This document shows positions 1-9,216 of a stretch of 64,000 nucleotides of DNA, piece after piece. The notes under the pieces are model-generated. The model saw only the letters and a program-made list of their open reading frames with translations. It did no database searches and was not told where the DNA came from. Every line of letters begins with the position of its first letter. The stretch's first letter is position 1. Source of the DNA: an uncultured Gammaproteobacteria bacterium (lineage in GTDB: Bacteria > Patescibacteriota > Patescibacteriia > Magasanikbacterales > UBA922); contig CAYSXR010000006.1 in assembly GCA_964435035.1 (NCBI GenBank), positions 420-64,419 of the forward strand, given 5' to 3'. A program made the translations under genes and the position numbers.

Positions 1-237
1 TATCAATCAAACGAAAACAATGAAAGAAAAAATATTATTGAAATCACTGATTTTGAAAATACCACATTCTTCAATAACAAAATTTCAATCGTTTGGTATG
101 AGGCACCTCCATCAGGAAACTACCGCCTGACCGCTGAAATCACGTCTAGAAACGATATTACGACTATAAGTGATGAGATACGCGTTCAGATAAAAAATTG
201 ATCAAAATAAAACCCCTCCGGATCGGAGGGGTTTTAT

Positions 238-1365
238 TTATTGCCTTATGGGCATCACAATATATTGAAACGTCTCATTACCCGGAACTTTAATGAGACA
301 CGGAGCATCAGGAGAATTTATTTGCATCTGTGCTTCTTCTTCATTAATTTGTTGCAACCCATCGAGTACATAACGATGATTCAAAAGTACAGTCATGGGT
401 TCACCTACCACTTCAGTATCAATATATGAGGTGTGTGCTCCAGTTTGAGCACTAATTGAAGAAACTCCTAAATGTTTCTTGACTGGATCCAACTCAAATG
501 AAATTGCATTTACCCCAACAGTGGTAAACAAACTCGCAGCTTTAATTTTATTCATCAGTTCAGAAACGGTAAATGTTGCCTGTGTTTTAAAAACAGTGGG
601 GATAATTTGTGTGTAATCAGGATATCGCCCTTCAATCAGTCGACTTACCATTTCAAACATATCATAACGAATCGCGATTTGATTATCACTTACCGTTACC
701 CTTACATTCTCTTCACCTTCATGCTGGCGGCCAAATTGAATCAGTCGAGCAATCTCATGAGCTACTCGCCCAGGTATAATACAGGTTACTTCCCCATCTT
801 CTCCCTGCGCAATCGGTACGCGAGCTTCTGATAATCGATATGAATCAGTCGCGGCCATAAGCAATCCTTCATATCGCTCGCTTTTAAATCTACAAAACAC
901 GCCAGAAAATTCCGGACGAATTTCATTTTTAGCACAAGAGATTGAAACTTTTGCGATAGTCTCTCTAAGAATGTTTGCATTAATGAGATAGGTGTGTCCC
1001 TCTTCAATTCCTGGAATGACCGGATATTCTTCTGCAGGAAATCCTTTTATTTTGGTTTCAGAACCAGACGAACGAATTACCAATTCATTTCCCTCAAGAG
1101 TGAGTTCCACCTGATCGTTCGTGAGTAATCGAATATATTCAGTGACTGTTCGAGCAGGAACGGTAAATGATCCAGGAATTTCTACTTTAGCTCGTATGTG
1201 TGTTTTGATTGAAACTTCTAAGTTGGTCGCACTTATCTCTACTCCAGACTCATGTGCTCGAATTAATATATTTTGTAATATGGGTAAATTTGCATGCTTC
1301 CCTGCAAAAGTACTTGCAATATCTAAACTGTATAATAAATTTTCACGTGTGGATGTTAATTTCAT
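238..1365 (-). CDS. dnaN: DNA polymerase III beta subunit (sliding clamp)
   Basis: 375-aa ORF with a typical beta-clamp N-terminus (MKLTSTRENLLYSL...NLPILQNILI). It sits immediately downstream of dnaA on the same strand, which is canonical synteny. Confidence 0.9.
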   Translation of the reverse strand: MKLTSTRENLLYSLDIASTFAGKHANLPILQNILIRAHESGVEISATNLEVSIKTHIRAKVEIPGSFTVPARTVTEYIRLLTNDQVELTLEGNELVIRSSGSETKIKGFPAEEYPVIPGIEEGHTYLINANILRETIAKVSISCAKNEIRPEFSGVFCRFKSERYEGLLMAATDSYRLSEARVPIAQGEDGEVTCIIPGRVAHEIARLIQFGRQHEGEENVRVTVSDNQIAIRYDMFEMVSRLIEGRYPDYTQIIPTVFKTQATFTVSELMNKIKAASLFTTVGVNAISFELDPVKKHLGVSSISAQTGAHTSYIDTEVVGEPMTVLLNHRYVLDGLQQINEEEAQMQINSPDAPCLIKVPGNETFQYIVMPIRQ

Positions 1366-1612
1366 ATTTGTCTCTCTTTATATAATATATATCTAGTAGA
1401 TAATAATAGAGGCTGTGAATAGGGGGGATAAGTTGTTTTTAGAGCTACACACAGCAGAGATTTTACATTTGTACTGTGGAAACATGGTGGGGAAAGAAAG
1501 ATCAGAAAGTGAATAGAATAAATGAAATGGACAGTACCTGTGGAAAAGTTTTATTTCTCCCCCTTCTACCCACCGCCTTATATACACTTTTTAGCACAGT
1601 TATGCACAGAAA
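1366..1612. other. dnaA-dnaN intergenic region: candidate oriC half / DNA-unwinding element
   Basis: It has a very AT-rich stretch (atataatatatatctagtagataataat) and degenerate DnaA-box-like 9-mers (ttatgcaca, ttatatacac, tgtggaaac). Confidence 0.3.
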
Positions 1613-3001
1613 TTAGATTTTGTTTGTGTATAACCTCTGCTTTATTAACTCCATGTCCTGTCTTAATTTCAAATCATTTTCTATTTGTAATACAATTTTC
1701 GAATGAGCGTGCATCGCAGTTGTGTGATCACGGCCACCAAGCTCTTCTCCAATACTTGGATAAGACAACTTAAGCTCTTCTCTCATGAGATACATGATAA
1801 CTTGTCTAGGAAAAGCAAAACGCTTCTCTCGACTCTTACCTAGTGTATCTTCAAGTCTAATGTCATAAAACTTGTTAACCTCCTCGATTAAGTCTTTAGG
1901 AGTAAGAGAGCGACGCATGTTTTGTTCTTGAAAGCTCGAGAGTATATGACGAATAGATTCCTCAGTTGGAAGAGTATTTTTGAGCTCGTGGAAAGCAATG
2001 ATTTTATTTAATGCACCTTCAAGTTCACGAATATTACTCTGTATATTTGTTGCAATCAGAGCTTGAATTTCGGTAGAAATAGGAAATTGACGTTCTTGTG
2101 CCTTCTTTTGGATGATCGCAATGCGGGTTTCAAGATCTGGCTGAGACACGTCAGCAATCATACCCCATTCAAATCTACTTCGAAGACGATCTTCAAGAGC
2201 TGGAATAGCCTTTGGAGGTCGGTCAGACGTCATAACTACCTGCTTACCCATCTGATGGAGTTCATTGAAGGTGTGGAAGAATTCTTCTTGGGTCTGTTCT
2301 TTACCCCCAATAAATTGGATATCATCAATCAAAAGTAAATCAACATTTCGATAACGGTCTTTGAATTCTTTGGCACGACCTTCTTTAATTGAAGCTACAA
2401 ACTCATTAGTAAATTTCTCAGAACTTACGTAGAGAATTTTCACATTAGGGTTGGCAGCAAGCATGGTATGACCAATAGCCTGAATCAGGTGAGTTTTTCC
2501 AAGCCCAACACCTCCATAGATAAACAAAGGGTTATAGGCCTCTCCAGGGCGAGAAGCTACTGCTTGGGAAGCTGCATGAGCTAGTTCATTGCCTTTACCG
2601 ACCACGAATGTTTCAAAAACATATTTAGGGTTAAGACCAAATTGCTGAACCAATAATGCTTTTTTTGGAAGTGGTGCAATCGAAGAGTGAAACAAGGGGG
2701 TTTTTGTGGCATCAAGAGAAGTGGGTCCGCATTCTTGTTCTTTGATATTTCGTACATTGTCGACTACATAATCAATCTTTTTTACAGGCTTTCCGGTGAC
2801 TCGTTCTAATATTTTGACAATAGTAGTATGATATTTTTTTTCTAGCCAGCTTTTGGTGAATGCATTCGGAACACACACAACGATACTACCATTCTCATAT
2901 TGAGAAATACCGGTATTTTTGAACCAAGTAGTGAAGTTAGCCTTAGAGAGAGTGAGTTCGAATTCAGCGAGAACTGACTGCCAAATTTCGTAATTAGTCA
3001 T
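1613..3001 (-). CDS. dnaA: Chromosomal replication initiator DnaA
   Basis: 462-aa ORF with an AAA+ Walker A (GGVGLGKTHL), box VII and a C-terminal DNA-binding helix (ELGGRDHTTAMHA). DnaA boxes lie just upstream. Confidence 0.95.
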   Translation of the reverse strand: MTNYEIWQSVLAEFELTLSKANFTTWFKNTGISQYENGSIVVCVPNAFTKSWLEKKYHTTIVKILERVTGKPVKKIDYVVDNVRNIKEQECGPTSLDATKTPLFHSSIAPLPKKALLVQQFGLNPKYVFETFVVGKGNELAHAASQAVASRPGEAYNPLFIYGGVGLGKTHLIQAIGHTMLAANPNVKILYVSSEKFTNEFVASIKEGRAKEFKDRYRNVDLLLIDDIQFIGGKEQTQEEFFHTFNELHQMGKQVVMTSDRPPKAIPALEDRLRSRFEWGMIADVSQPDLETRIAIIQKKAQERQFPISTEIQALIATNIQSNIRELEGALNKIIAFHELKNTLPTEESIRHILSSFQEQNMRRSLTPKDLIEEVNKFYDIRLEDTLGKSREKRFAFPRQVIMYLMREELKLSYPSIGEELGGRDHTTAMHAHSKIVLQIENDLKLRQDMELIKQRLYTNKI

Positions 3002-3080
3002 AACGTTTTTTTATGTGTGGAATTGTAACACAGTTTGAAAATTCGAAGTATCGTGGACTACAGGTAAGAAGTGCACAGGA

Positions 3081-3109
3081 TGTGGATTAACTGTGGATGA
3101 TGTGGATAA
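3081..3109. promoter_or_regulatory. Cluster of three DnaA-box-like 9-mers upstream of dnaA
   Basis: The boxes are TGTGGATTA, TGTGGATGA and TGTGGATAA, the last a perfect reverse complement of TTATCCACA. They are closely spaced about 80 bp upstream of the dnaA start. Confidence 0.55.
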
Positions 3110-3250
3110 TGTGAGAAAGCCTAGTATGCCTGAAATAAAAATTATTGACAAATAAGCCATTTTCTTGTTTACTATTATGCGTCTCAATCGATTGTCTAGG
3201 CAATCGATATGGGGATATCCGTCACATGCAACTGGAGGAGTGCTCACGCA

Positions 3251-3559
3251 ATGTCAAAATCGAAACGGAATTTCGAGACACTCAAGCTCACCATGCTCGC
3301 CCTCATACTCAACCACAAGAGGACGACCGTGTCCCGTGAGCCGGGGAAGGTTCGAGTCGAGGTGGACCCCACGGGCGATCTGACCATCTTCAACGAGGAT
3401 GAGGATCGTCCTCTGATGTGTCGCCCGCTGAGGCATGGGCAGCCCGCTCTGAAGACGGAGGAGTTGACGACGATTCATCCCTATGGAGAACGGCGTTTTC
3501 CTGCCGCAGACCGTGCGTTCGCGTGGGTCGGCTACACCTTCATCGGGGGGAACGGATAG
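3251..3559 (+). CDS. Hypothetical small protein in GC-rich island 1
   Basis: The segment is clearly more GC-rich than its flanks. The plus frame has strong GC3 bias (about 3 in 4 codons end in G/C); the opposite-strand ORF 3254..3589 is less biased. No recognisable domain. Confidence 0.35.
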   Translation: MSKSKRNFETLKLTMLALILNHKRTTVSREPGKVRVEVDPTGDLTIFNEDEDRPLMCRPLRHGQPALKTEELTTIHPYGERRFPAADRAFAWVGYTFIGGNG

Positions 3560-3664
3560 CAAGCGTTTTTGCGCTTGCAGGTCTCGCATCAGCTTTTTTA
3601 TCCAGTAATGGATTGAAAGGTTTGGTGCGAGGCTTCCAAATTCTCTAAAATTACGGAATTTTTC

Positions 3665-3693
3665 TTGACAAAACAGGTTAAATAGTGTATAGT
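3665..3693 (+). promoter_or_regulatory. Sigma70-like promoter for rpmH
   Basis: TTGACA, a 17-nt spacer, then TG-n-TATAGT. An AAGGAG RBS follows 7 nt before the ATG at 3727. Confidence 0.5.
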
Positions 3694-3726
3694 ATATTTA
3701 TTAGTAATTACTTAAGGAGCATTTGT

Positions 3727-3903
3727 ATGCCAAAGCGAAAGTATCAACCAAAAAAACGAAAACGAGCAAAAACTCATGGTTTTTTGAAAAAAATGAGGAC
3801 AAAAGATGGTCGTGATGTACTCAAGCGCCGACGCGCTAAGGGTCGAAAGAAACTCACGGTGAGTAGTGAACGCAAAGGAAAACGCACTCAAAAGACCAGA
3901 TAA
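3727..3903 (+). CDS. rpmH: 50S ribosomal protein L34
   Basis: [43 protein letters not shown] matches the L34 consensus (MKRTYQPSxxKRxxxHGFRxRM). It has the canonical position opposite dnaA and upstream of rnpA. Confidence 0.85.
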   Translation: MPKRKYQPKKRKRAKTHGFLKKMRTKDGRDVLKRRRAKGRKKLTVSSERKGKRTQKTR

Positions 3904-3952
3904 ATTTGAACATATTCAAAGCCTCGCTCAAACGGGGCTTTGTGTTATACTA

Positions 3953-4037
3953 CATGCGAATTACGAATAAATCCCGAATTTACGAATTTGAATTCAAGAA
4001 ATTTATTCGTAGATTCGTACTATTCGTAATTCGCATG
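3953..4037. repeat. MITE-like palindromic repeat, copy 1 (CATGCGAATTACGAAT...ATTCGTAATTCGCATG)
   Basis: An 85-bp near-perfect palindrome built from ACGAAT/ATTCGT sub-repeats. The same termini recur at 13066..13138 and 22647..22735. It lies between rpmH and rnpA. Confidence 0.7.
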
Positions 4038-4054
4038 TAACCACTCGAAAATGT

Positions 4055-4432
4055 ATGCTTACCGAGCAGTATCGACTAAAAAAAATGAAAGATTTTGAAA
4101 TCCTCTTTAAAGAGGGTAGATTTGTGTTAGGTAATATTGTAGGTGCAAAGATCTGGAAAATTGATCCTACTAAATATCCTAAGCGTGGATATGTAGAAAC
4201 TGATCTAAAAATTGGATTTGTAGCTAGTGTAAAACATGAAAAGAAGGCTGTGGGGCGGAATCGGGTAAAGCGACAGATGCGAGAAGTGGTCAGGTTGTTG
4301 CTTAAAGATAATAGAATCAAAGAGGGCTACTTTATTGCATTTTTATCTACTCCTAAGCTTTTTAGCGCAGAATATGCTGATATTGCTCAGGACATTGAAT
4401 CTATTCTCAAAAAGGCGAGGCTACTCATCTAA
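4055..4432 (+). CDS. rnpA: Ribonuclease P protein component
   Basis: A 125-aa basic protein (RLKKMKDFEILFKEG...RNRVKRQMREV) in the conserved rpmH-rnpA-yidD order. Confidence 0.85.
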   Translation: MLTEQYRLKKMKDFEILFKEGRFVLGNIVGAKIWKIDPTKYPKRGYVETDLKIGFVASVKHEKKAVGRNRVKRQMREVVRLLLKDNRIKEGYFIAFLSTPKLFSAEYADIAQDIESILKKARLLI

Positions 4433-4462
4433 TGGTGTTTTTACTCTCAAATAAGCTAAAAT

Positions 4463-4723
4463 ATGCAATTATTTCGCTTTATTATTACTATTCCGAAAAA
4501 CATACTCTTATTCCTTATTTGGGTGTATCAGCGAACACTTTCACCTGATCATGGGCCTATGAAGGTAAAATTTCCATATGGATATTGTAAATTTACCCCG
4601 AGTTGTAGTGAGTATGGGTATCAAGTAATCAAAAAATATGGCGTGATTCGAGGGTTACCAAGGGCGGCCTGGCGAATAATTCGTTGTAACCCCTGGTCCA
4701 AAGGTGGAATAGATAAGCCTTGA
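4463..4723 (+). CDS. yidD: Membrane protein insertion efficiency factor YidD
   Basis: 86 aa with the YidD hallmark motif CxFxPSCSEYxxxAIxxxG (CKFTPSCSEYGYQVIKKYG). Confidence 0.8.
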   Translation: MQLFRFIITIPKNILLFLIWVYQRTLSPDHGPMKVKFPYGYCKFTPSCSEYGYQVIKKYGVIRGLPRAAWRIIRCNPWSKGGIDKP

Positions 4724-4874
4724 CAAAAAGTGCTTTTTTTGATTAACTAAATCATTCTCGCATGAAAACTTTATAGAGAAAGCATGTATACAATTGTGGA
4801 AATTAACACAGGTTTCTAAAATTGTGTACATGGTACTGTGGGTACATCCGTAATAGCCTCAAGCGGAGGATCAT

Positions 4875-5186
4875 GTGAAGAATAAGCGAGAATTTCTGGT
4901 GCGTGCACTGACGGAAACGTCAGATAAGATCAGGGAACATTTTCCCGGGTTCGCCTGGATGGCGGAAGTTGGGGAAGCGGAAAAGGGGACGGCAAAGTAC
5001 TCAGAGGCACGTGGCATCCACTACTCAGATACAGTGCTCCGTGAGGAAAAAGAAGAAAATCTTCTGTATCTGTTGCAAAACCTGAAAAACCTCATCAAAG
5101 AAATAGGTTTCCAGTACAAGCATCAGGTCGACGCGAAGAAGCTCGTCGAAGAAGCACTGGAAGAGATAGGTAGTCAGAAAACCTGA
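4875..5186 (+). CDS. Hypothetical protein (GTG start, moderately GC-rich)
   Basis: A GGAGGA RBS sits 5 nt before the GTG. The 103-aa product is acidic/basic mixed. A CCGTTTcgtaAAACGG hairpin follows the stop. Confidence 0.4.
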   Translation: MKNKREFLVRALTETSDKIREHFPGFAWMAEVGEAEKGTAKYSEARGIHYSDTVLREEKEENLLYLLQNLKNLIKEIGFQYKHQVDAKKLVEEALEEIGSQKT

Positions 5187-5337
5187 GACCCTACATTTTG
5201 TCCCCGTTTCGTAAAACGGAGAGCCAAGAGGAAGCAGAGCCTACAGGTTACGCCGTACCTAGAAAACAACGGCAAACCTCTTCATGTGAAACATGAACTG
5301 ATGAGCTCTAATGGAAAAAAGAGCGAAAGGTAAAAAT

Positions 5338-5362
5338 AAAACCGCCGTAAGGCGGATTTTTA
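5338..5362. terminator. Bidirectional rho-independent terminator hairpin
   Basis: AAACCGCCgtaaGGCGGATTTTT, with an A-run on one side and a T-run on the other. On the minus strand it follows the ychF stop. Confidence 0.6.
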
Positions 5363-5440
5363 TTTCATCATCTCCGTGAAAACGGGGATCTTTTTGTCTA
5401 CCAATACAGATTCCCGCTTTCGCGGGAATGACGTACAAAG

Positions 5441-6514
5441 CTAGGCGATATGAAAATAACATACATCCCCATCTTTTACTTCATAGTCTTTTCCTACTAA
5501 TTGCATTTTGCCTTTTTCTTTGACACCTGGCCAGCCACCAAGTTCTACAAAGTCGGCAACACTTGCAACATCAGCTTTGATATATCCTTTGACAAAATCA
5601 GTATGGATTACTCCTGCAGCATCAGGACCAAGGGTTCCTCTCGTAACTGTCCATGCACGAGTTTCTTGTTCTCCAGAAGTAAAGTAAGTAATCAGATTAA
5701 GTAGTTTGTATCCTGCAACAATCAATCGATCAAGTCCCGTTTCTTTCATTCCCAAATCGTCCATAAACATTTGTGCATCTTCAGAAGAAAGTTCAGCAAT
5801 TTCGGATTCAATCTTTGCACTGATTTCTATATATGGAGTGGTACCAAAAATAGTCGTGAAATCTACTTTTCCTACCGCAGTTTCTTCTACATTTACCACA
5901 TACATCATGGGTTTCATGGTGAGCAAATGTAGATCTCGCACAATCAATTTTTCATCATCATTGAATTCAAGGTCTCGTGTAGGTAATCCACTACCCAATT
6001 GTGTATTTAATTTTTCGAGTACGGCAATTTCTATTTCTTTTCCTTTTGCTGCAGCACCTTTTGCGTCGCGTTTTGTTTTATCTAATCGTTTTGAGACAGT
6101 TGCAAGGTCGGCAAGTGCAAGTTCGAGATTGATAACATCACTATCATCTTTTGGATCCACTTTTCCTGTTACATGAATGATGTTTCCATCTTCAAATGCA
6201 CGAACCACTTGTACAATTGCGTCAGCTTCACGGATATGTGTGAGAAATTTGTTTCCCAAGCCTTCTCCTTCTGACGCACCTTTCACAATTCCCGCGATAT
6301 CTACAAATTGAATCGCAGTCGGGATAATTTTTCCAGATTTTGAAGTAGTGGCTAGCGGCGCAAGTCGTCCATCGGGTACTTCTACTACGCCAACATTGGG
6401 TTCAATCGTACAAAAAGGATAGTTTGCAGCTTCAGCGAGCTTACTTTTGGTAAGCGCGTTAAAAAGTGTTGATTTTCCTACGTTGGGGAGTCCGACAATT
6501 CCAATCGATAGCAT
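5441..6514 (-). CDS. ychF: Ribosome-binding ATPase YchF/Ola1
   Basis: [23 protein letters not shown]1 motif, 357 aa, and a C-terminal TGS-like domain. Confidence 0.9.
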   Translation of the reverse strand: MLSIGIVGLPNVGKSTLFNALTKSKLAEAANYPFCTIEPNVGVVEVPDGRLAPLATTSKSGKIIPTAIQFVDIAGIVKGASEGEGLGNKFLTHIREADAIVQVVRAFEDGNIIHVTGKVDPKDDSDVINLELALADLATVSKRLDKTKRDAKGAAAKGKEIEIAVLEKLNTQLGSGLPTRDLEFNDDEKLIVRDLHLLTMKPMMYVVNVEETAVGKVDFTTIFGTTPYIEISAKIESEIAELSSEDAQMFMDDLGMKETGLDRLIVAGYKLLNLITYFTSGEQETRAWTVTRGTLGPDAAGVIHTDFVKGYIKADVASVADFVELGGWPGVKEKGKMQLVGKDYEVKDGDVCYFHIA

Positions 6515-6673
6515 AATAACAAGTTAGTTTTGTATTGCGGAGTGTAGCAGAAGAAATCAAAAAAATCAAACCTAATATAACAAAAAAAGATATTGAAATC
6601 TTTTGAAGGTGGGTGTTCTAAGCCTGTTCGGTAAACGGACAGGCTTAGAACACGAGATCAAGGACACACGGCA

Positions 6674-6964
6674 TTAAGGTCGCCGCGTATGCGACGAGCT
6701 CGGCGCATAGCGCGCACGTCGGCGAGGGCGGACAGAGCCCCTTCTCCTTCGTGGTCGATGCCATCTTTTGGTGGGCGAACCTTCGTCCGACGAGGTGAAG
6801 AACCAGCTTATCATGTTGGGGTTAACGGGAGGGGTGACGCTGATGGCATCCTGAGTGTTGTCCAGCTCTCCGAGAGCTTTCGCCTGCTCGATAATGTATC
6901 GAGCGAACTCGGTTGCCAGACAAATGAGCGCTAAGGAGACAAAGAACTGAAGCATGATATACAT
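6674..6964 (-). CDS. Hypothetical small membrane-anchored protein in GC-rich island
   Basis: The minus frame shows the GC3 bias. The N-terminus is hydrophobic (MLQFFVSLALICLATEF) and the tail is Arg-rich. The strand and frame call is tentative. Confidence 0.3.
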   Translation of the reverse strand: MYIMLQFFVSLALICLATEFARYIIEQAKALGELDNTQDAISVTPPVNPNMISWFFTSSDEGSPTKRWHRPRRRRGSVRPRRRARYAPSSSHTRRP

Positions 6965-7262
6965 CCTTGGCTGGGTGTCGGAGCAGAAACTGGAAAAAGT
7001 ATAACAGGTTTTTTCAAAAAAACAAGACGTAAAGGGTTTCTAAGAGGAATTTTTGGGATAAATTAATCTTAGCGTGCATTAAATTATATTGTACGACGCC
7101 TATATTCAATAAGTTTAAGCTAATTAAATTCAATTTTACTATATTACGAAGAAATTATAATGCATGTGGTTAATCTTCTTCATGGAGGTAGTATCGAGAT
7201 TACGACAATAAATAATACCGTTCTGGACTGGGTCCTACTCTACTGTTTCATCTATAGGTGAT

Positions 7263-7271
7263 ATATCGACC
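7263..7271. repeat. Homopolymeric C9 tract (intergenic)
   Basis: gaCCCCCCCCCgat. It is the only long G/C homopolymer seen in the window. Confidence 0.6.
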
Positions 7272-7298
7272 CCCCCCCGATTTTTCTAATTTAGATTG

Positions 7299-7329
7299 AA
7301 GCATCAAATAAACACGGCTTATATGCCGT
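7299..7329. promoter_or_regulatory. Perfect 12-bp-arm palindrome AATAAACACGGC-ttatat-GCCGTGTTTATT
   Basis: An intergenic inverted repeat about 150 bp downstream (minus sense) of tRNA-Arg. It could be an operator or a terminator. Confidence 0.35.
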
Positions 7330-7472
7330 GTTTATTGCTAATTATTGGAACTATCCCCGACTTTAGGCTTTTTGGGTACATCGAGACGAGGTTGTACTAG
7401 TGGAATTTTCAAATTGGTGCCCCTACCGCGAATCCCCGCCCAAGGCGGGTGCGCCTTGGGCGCAGAACCTTT

Positions 7473-7547
7473 TGGTGCCCTCGACAGGAATCGAACCTGT
7501 ATCTAGACGTTAGGAGTGTCTTGTTCTATCCATTGAACTACGAGAGC
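7473..7547 (-). tRNA. tRNA-Arg (anticodon CCT)
   Basis: The reverse complement folds as a cloverleaf: acceptor GCTCTCG/CGAGGGC, D-arm GTTC..GAAC, anticodon loop CTCCTAA, T-arm CAGGTTCGATTCCTG. CCA is encoded. Confidence 0.75.
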
Positions 7548-7618
7548 ATTTTAACAACTATGACTAATTGTAAATTGTTGGTATATGTTTCATGTGAAAC
7601 AAAGCAAATAGATCTTTA

Positions 7619-8359
7619 TTATTGGGTTAATGTATACAATAGTGTGTACATAGAGCTTACAGTGGCCGCATGAGTGATAGTGTCAACATACAACTCCTCT
7701 TCCTTGTTGCTAATAGTATATATTGTGTCTTCTGAAACGATAATTTCAACCGATTTGTATACATCTGTATGCACTTTTGAGGGAATAATCCAGCGAACAC
7801 TAGGTACCGCAGGAAGATCTTTGAGAGCCTGTCTATTTTCCGGAGTGTCGAATACGCAACAGATATTTGAAAGTCTGTTAGACTGAGATTTGACTTGGAA
7901 AAAGTCTACAAGAGTCTGTCGATCAAGAGTGGTAGGGCTAAGCAAGGAAATAAGTGTATTATTATTTGTATACAGTGTTCTATACAAATCCAAAACTGCT
8001 TCTTTTCCTACACGATTTGAAAGAAATGGGCGCCCGAGCATTGTATATGACGACTCAAGTTTTGGCAAGAGATTTTCAGCATCGTTTATGCGATTATTCC
8101 ACATGTTTTTTTGTCTCTCCGCGTATTCAATTAATTTTCGCGGATGTTTCACGTGAAACTCTGCGGGCTGTGAATTCTTTTTTTGTTCAACCAAATCAAA
8201 TGCAATTAATTGATCGAGTGAATGGTATCCAAGAGTTCGGGTGATACCAGCTCGGTGGGTGATTGAGGTTACGGTTCCAGATCCAAGTTCAAGAAGAGCA
8301 AGGTACGTTTTTGCTTCAGTTTCTGCAAGTCCAATTTTTACAAGCTCTTCAATCTGCAT
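7619..8359 (-). CDS. TrmB-family (sugar-responsive) transcriptional regulator
   Basis: N-terminal winged-HTH signature LAETEAKTYLALLELGSGTVTSI typical of TrmB. 246 aa. Confidence 0.65.
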   Translation of the reverse strand: MQIEELVKIGLAETEAKTYLALLELGSGTVTSITHRAGITRTLGYHSLDQLIAFDLVEQKKNSQPAEFHVKHPRKLIEYAERQKNMWNNRINDAENLLPKLESSYTMLGRPFLSNRVGKEAVLDLYRTLYTNNNTLISLLSPTTLDRQTLVDFFQVKSQSNRLSNICCVFDTPENRQALKDLPAVPSVRWIIPSKVHTDVYKSVEIIVSEDTIYTISNKEEELYVDTITHAATVSSMYTLLYTLTQ

Positions 8360-8362
8360 AAT

Positions 8363-8380
8363 TGTAAATATAAATTTACA
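8363..8380. promoter_or_regulatory. Palindromic operator candidate TGTAAAT-ATAA-ATTTACA (copy 1)
   Basis: 7-bp inverted arms immediately upstream of the trmB-like start. It is repeated at 8416..8434. Confidence 0.35.
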
Positions 8381-8415
8381 ATAGGTAATAATTAAACTTA
8401 AATATAGTATATATT

Positions 8416-8434
8416 AGTAAATATAAATTTACAA
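8416..8434. promoter_or_regulatory. Palindromic operator candidate GTAAATATAAATTTAC (copy 2)
   Basis: Second copy of the same palindrome in the divergent regulator / 8525-gene intergenic region. Confidence 0.35.
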
Positions 8435-8472
8435 GGTAGTACTAACGTAAGATAAGCATACATCATTTAACC

Positions 8473-8501
8473 TTGACAAAGAGGGTGTTTTGTGATATAA
8501 T
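8473..8501 (+). promoter_or_regulatory. Near-consensus sigma70 promoter (TTGACA-17-TGnTATAAT)
   Basis: Exact TTGACA and TATAAT with an extended -10 TG. It sits about 25 nt upstream of a GGAGG RBS and the ATG at 8525. Confidence 0.55.
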
Positions 8502-8524
8502 TTTTTGTCCTTACAACCAGGGAC

Positions 8525-9004
8525 ATGGAGGTTATCATGCTTACGATCGTTCTATCGCTCTTTCTCCTCGTCACTCTCGTGACGGTTATCTTCCTGGCGA
8601 AGGAGCTTGTGAAAAAGTTCAGGTTCCTTAAGGGGTACACCGACAACAACAAAAACTGTCTTCGTTGGCACTATCGAGGGAGTGTTGCTGAGGGGTACAA
8701 GCCTGGCATGCACACGATCGTGCTCTATAACACCAGTGGTCTTGAATTCACGGCCGTGGCCGCGTTCGAACTTCTGCTCCCATTCGGTATCAAGGGGGTG
8801 GATAAGTTCGGACTCATCAAGAGTAGGGGTGCTGGAGTGGCCGCATTCTCGACTTATCTGGGCAAGGGGGAGTGTGATTTCATCTTCCTCATCAACGGAG
8901 CAAAGCCCGAACAGATCGAGCGCTCGATCGACATGACCGGCGAGATCGTTCCGACCCAGACGTACCCACCGCACTGGTGGCAACGGCTCGGCTTCTGGGG
9001 CTGA
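8525..9004 (+). CDS. Hypothetical membrane-anchored protein in GC-rich island
   Basis: 159 aa with an N-terminal TM helix (MLTIVLSLFLLVTLVTVIFL). The DNA is GC-rich with GC3 bias. It has its own strong promoter and RBS. Confidence 0.45.
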   Translation: MEVIMLTIVLSLFLLVTLVTVIFLAKELVKKFRFLKGYTDNNKNCLRWHYRGSVAEGYKPGMHTIVLYNTSGLEFTAVAAFELLLPFGIKGVDKFGLIKSRGAGVAAFSTYLGKGECDFIFLINGAKPEQIERSIDMTGEIVPTQTYPPHWWQRLGFWG

Positions 9005-9136
9005 ACATCTGAGCGCATCTCGCGCTCCTTCCAAAGGTATGGAAGTAAAGCCAGTACAAACTGCGGAGTTCTGCCAAAGAGCTCCGCCCAAACCAAAAGT
9101 ACATCACATCAGTGGTGTCTTTTTGTTTTTGATATG

Positions 9137-9175
9137 AACCCCACCCTGCCCCTCCCCTTGTGAAGGGGAGGGAAC
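9137..9175. repeat. GC-rich hairpin repeat AACCCCACCCTGCCCCTCCCCttgtgaAGGGGAGGGAAC
   Basis: A stem CCCTCCCC/GGGGAGGG preceded by CCCCACCCTG. A near-identical copy lies at 63422..63459. Confidence 0.6.
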
Positions 9176-9216
9176 TTGTTTATGCAGGAATGACAGAGAG
9201 AAATGTTTGTGTTATT

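Noticed and set aside
1121-1396. 91-aa ORF antisense to dnaN (and similar antisense ORFs 607..831, 786..1007, 2063..2338)
   Set aside because: They lie entirely inside well-supported core genes on the opposite strand and have no RBS or domain.
3254-3589. Minus-strand 111-aa ORF in GC island 1
   Set aside because: The plus-strand frame shows a markedly stronger GC3 bias. Long ORFs in several frames are expected in GC-rich DNA.
5259-5462. 67-aa ORF in the terminator-rich spacer before ychF
   Set aside because: It is composed mostly of hairpin sequences, and it overlaps the ychF 3' end and terminators.
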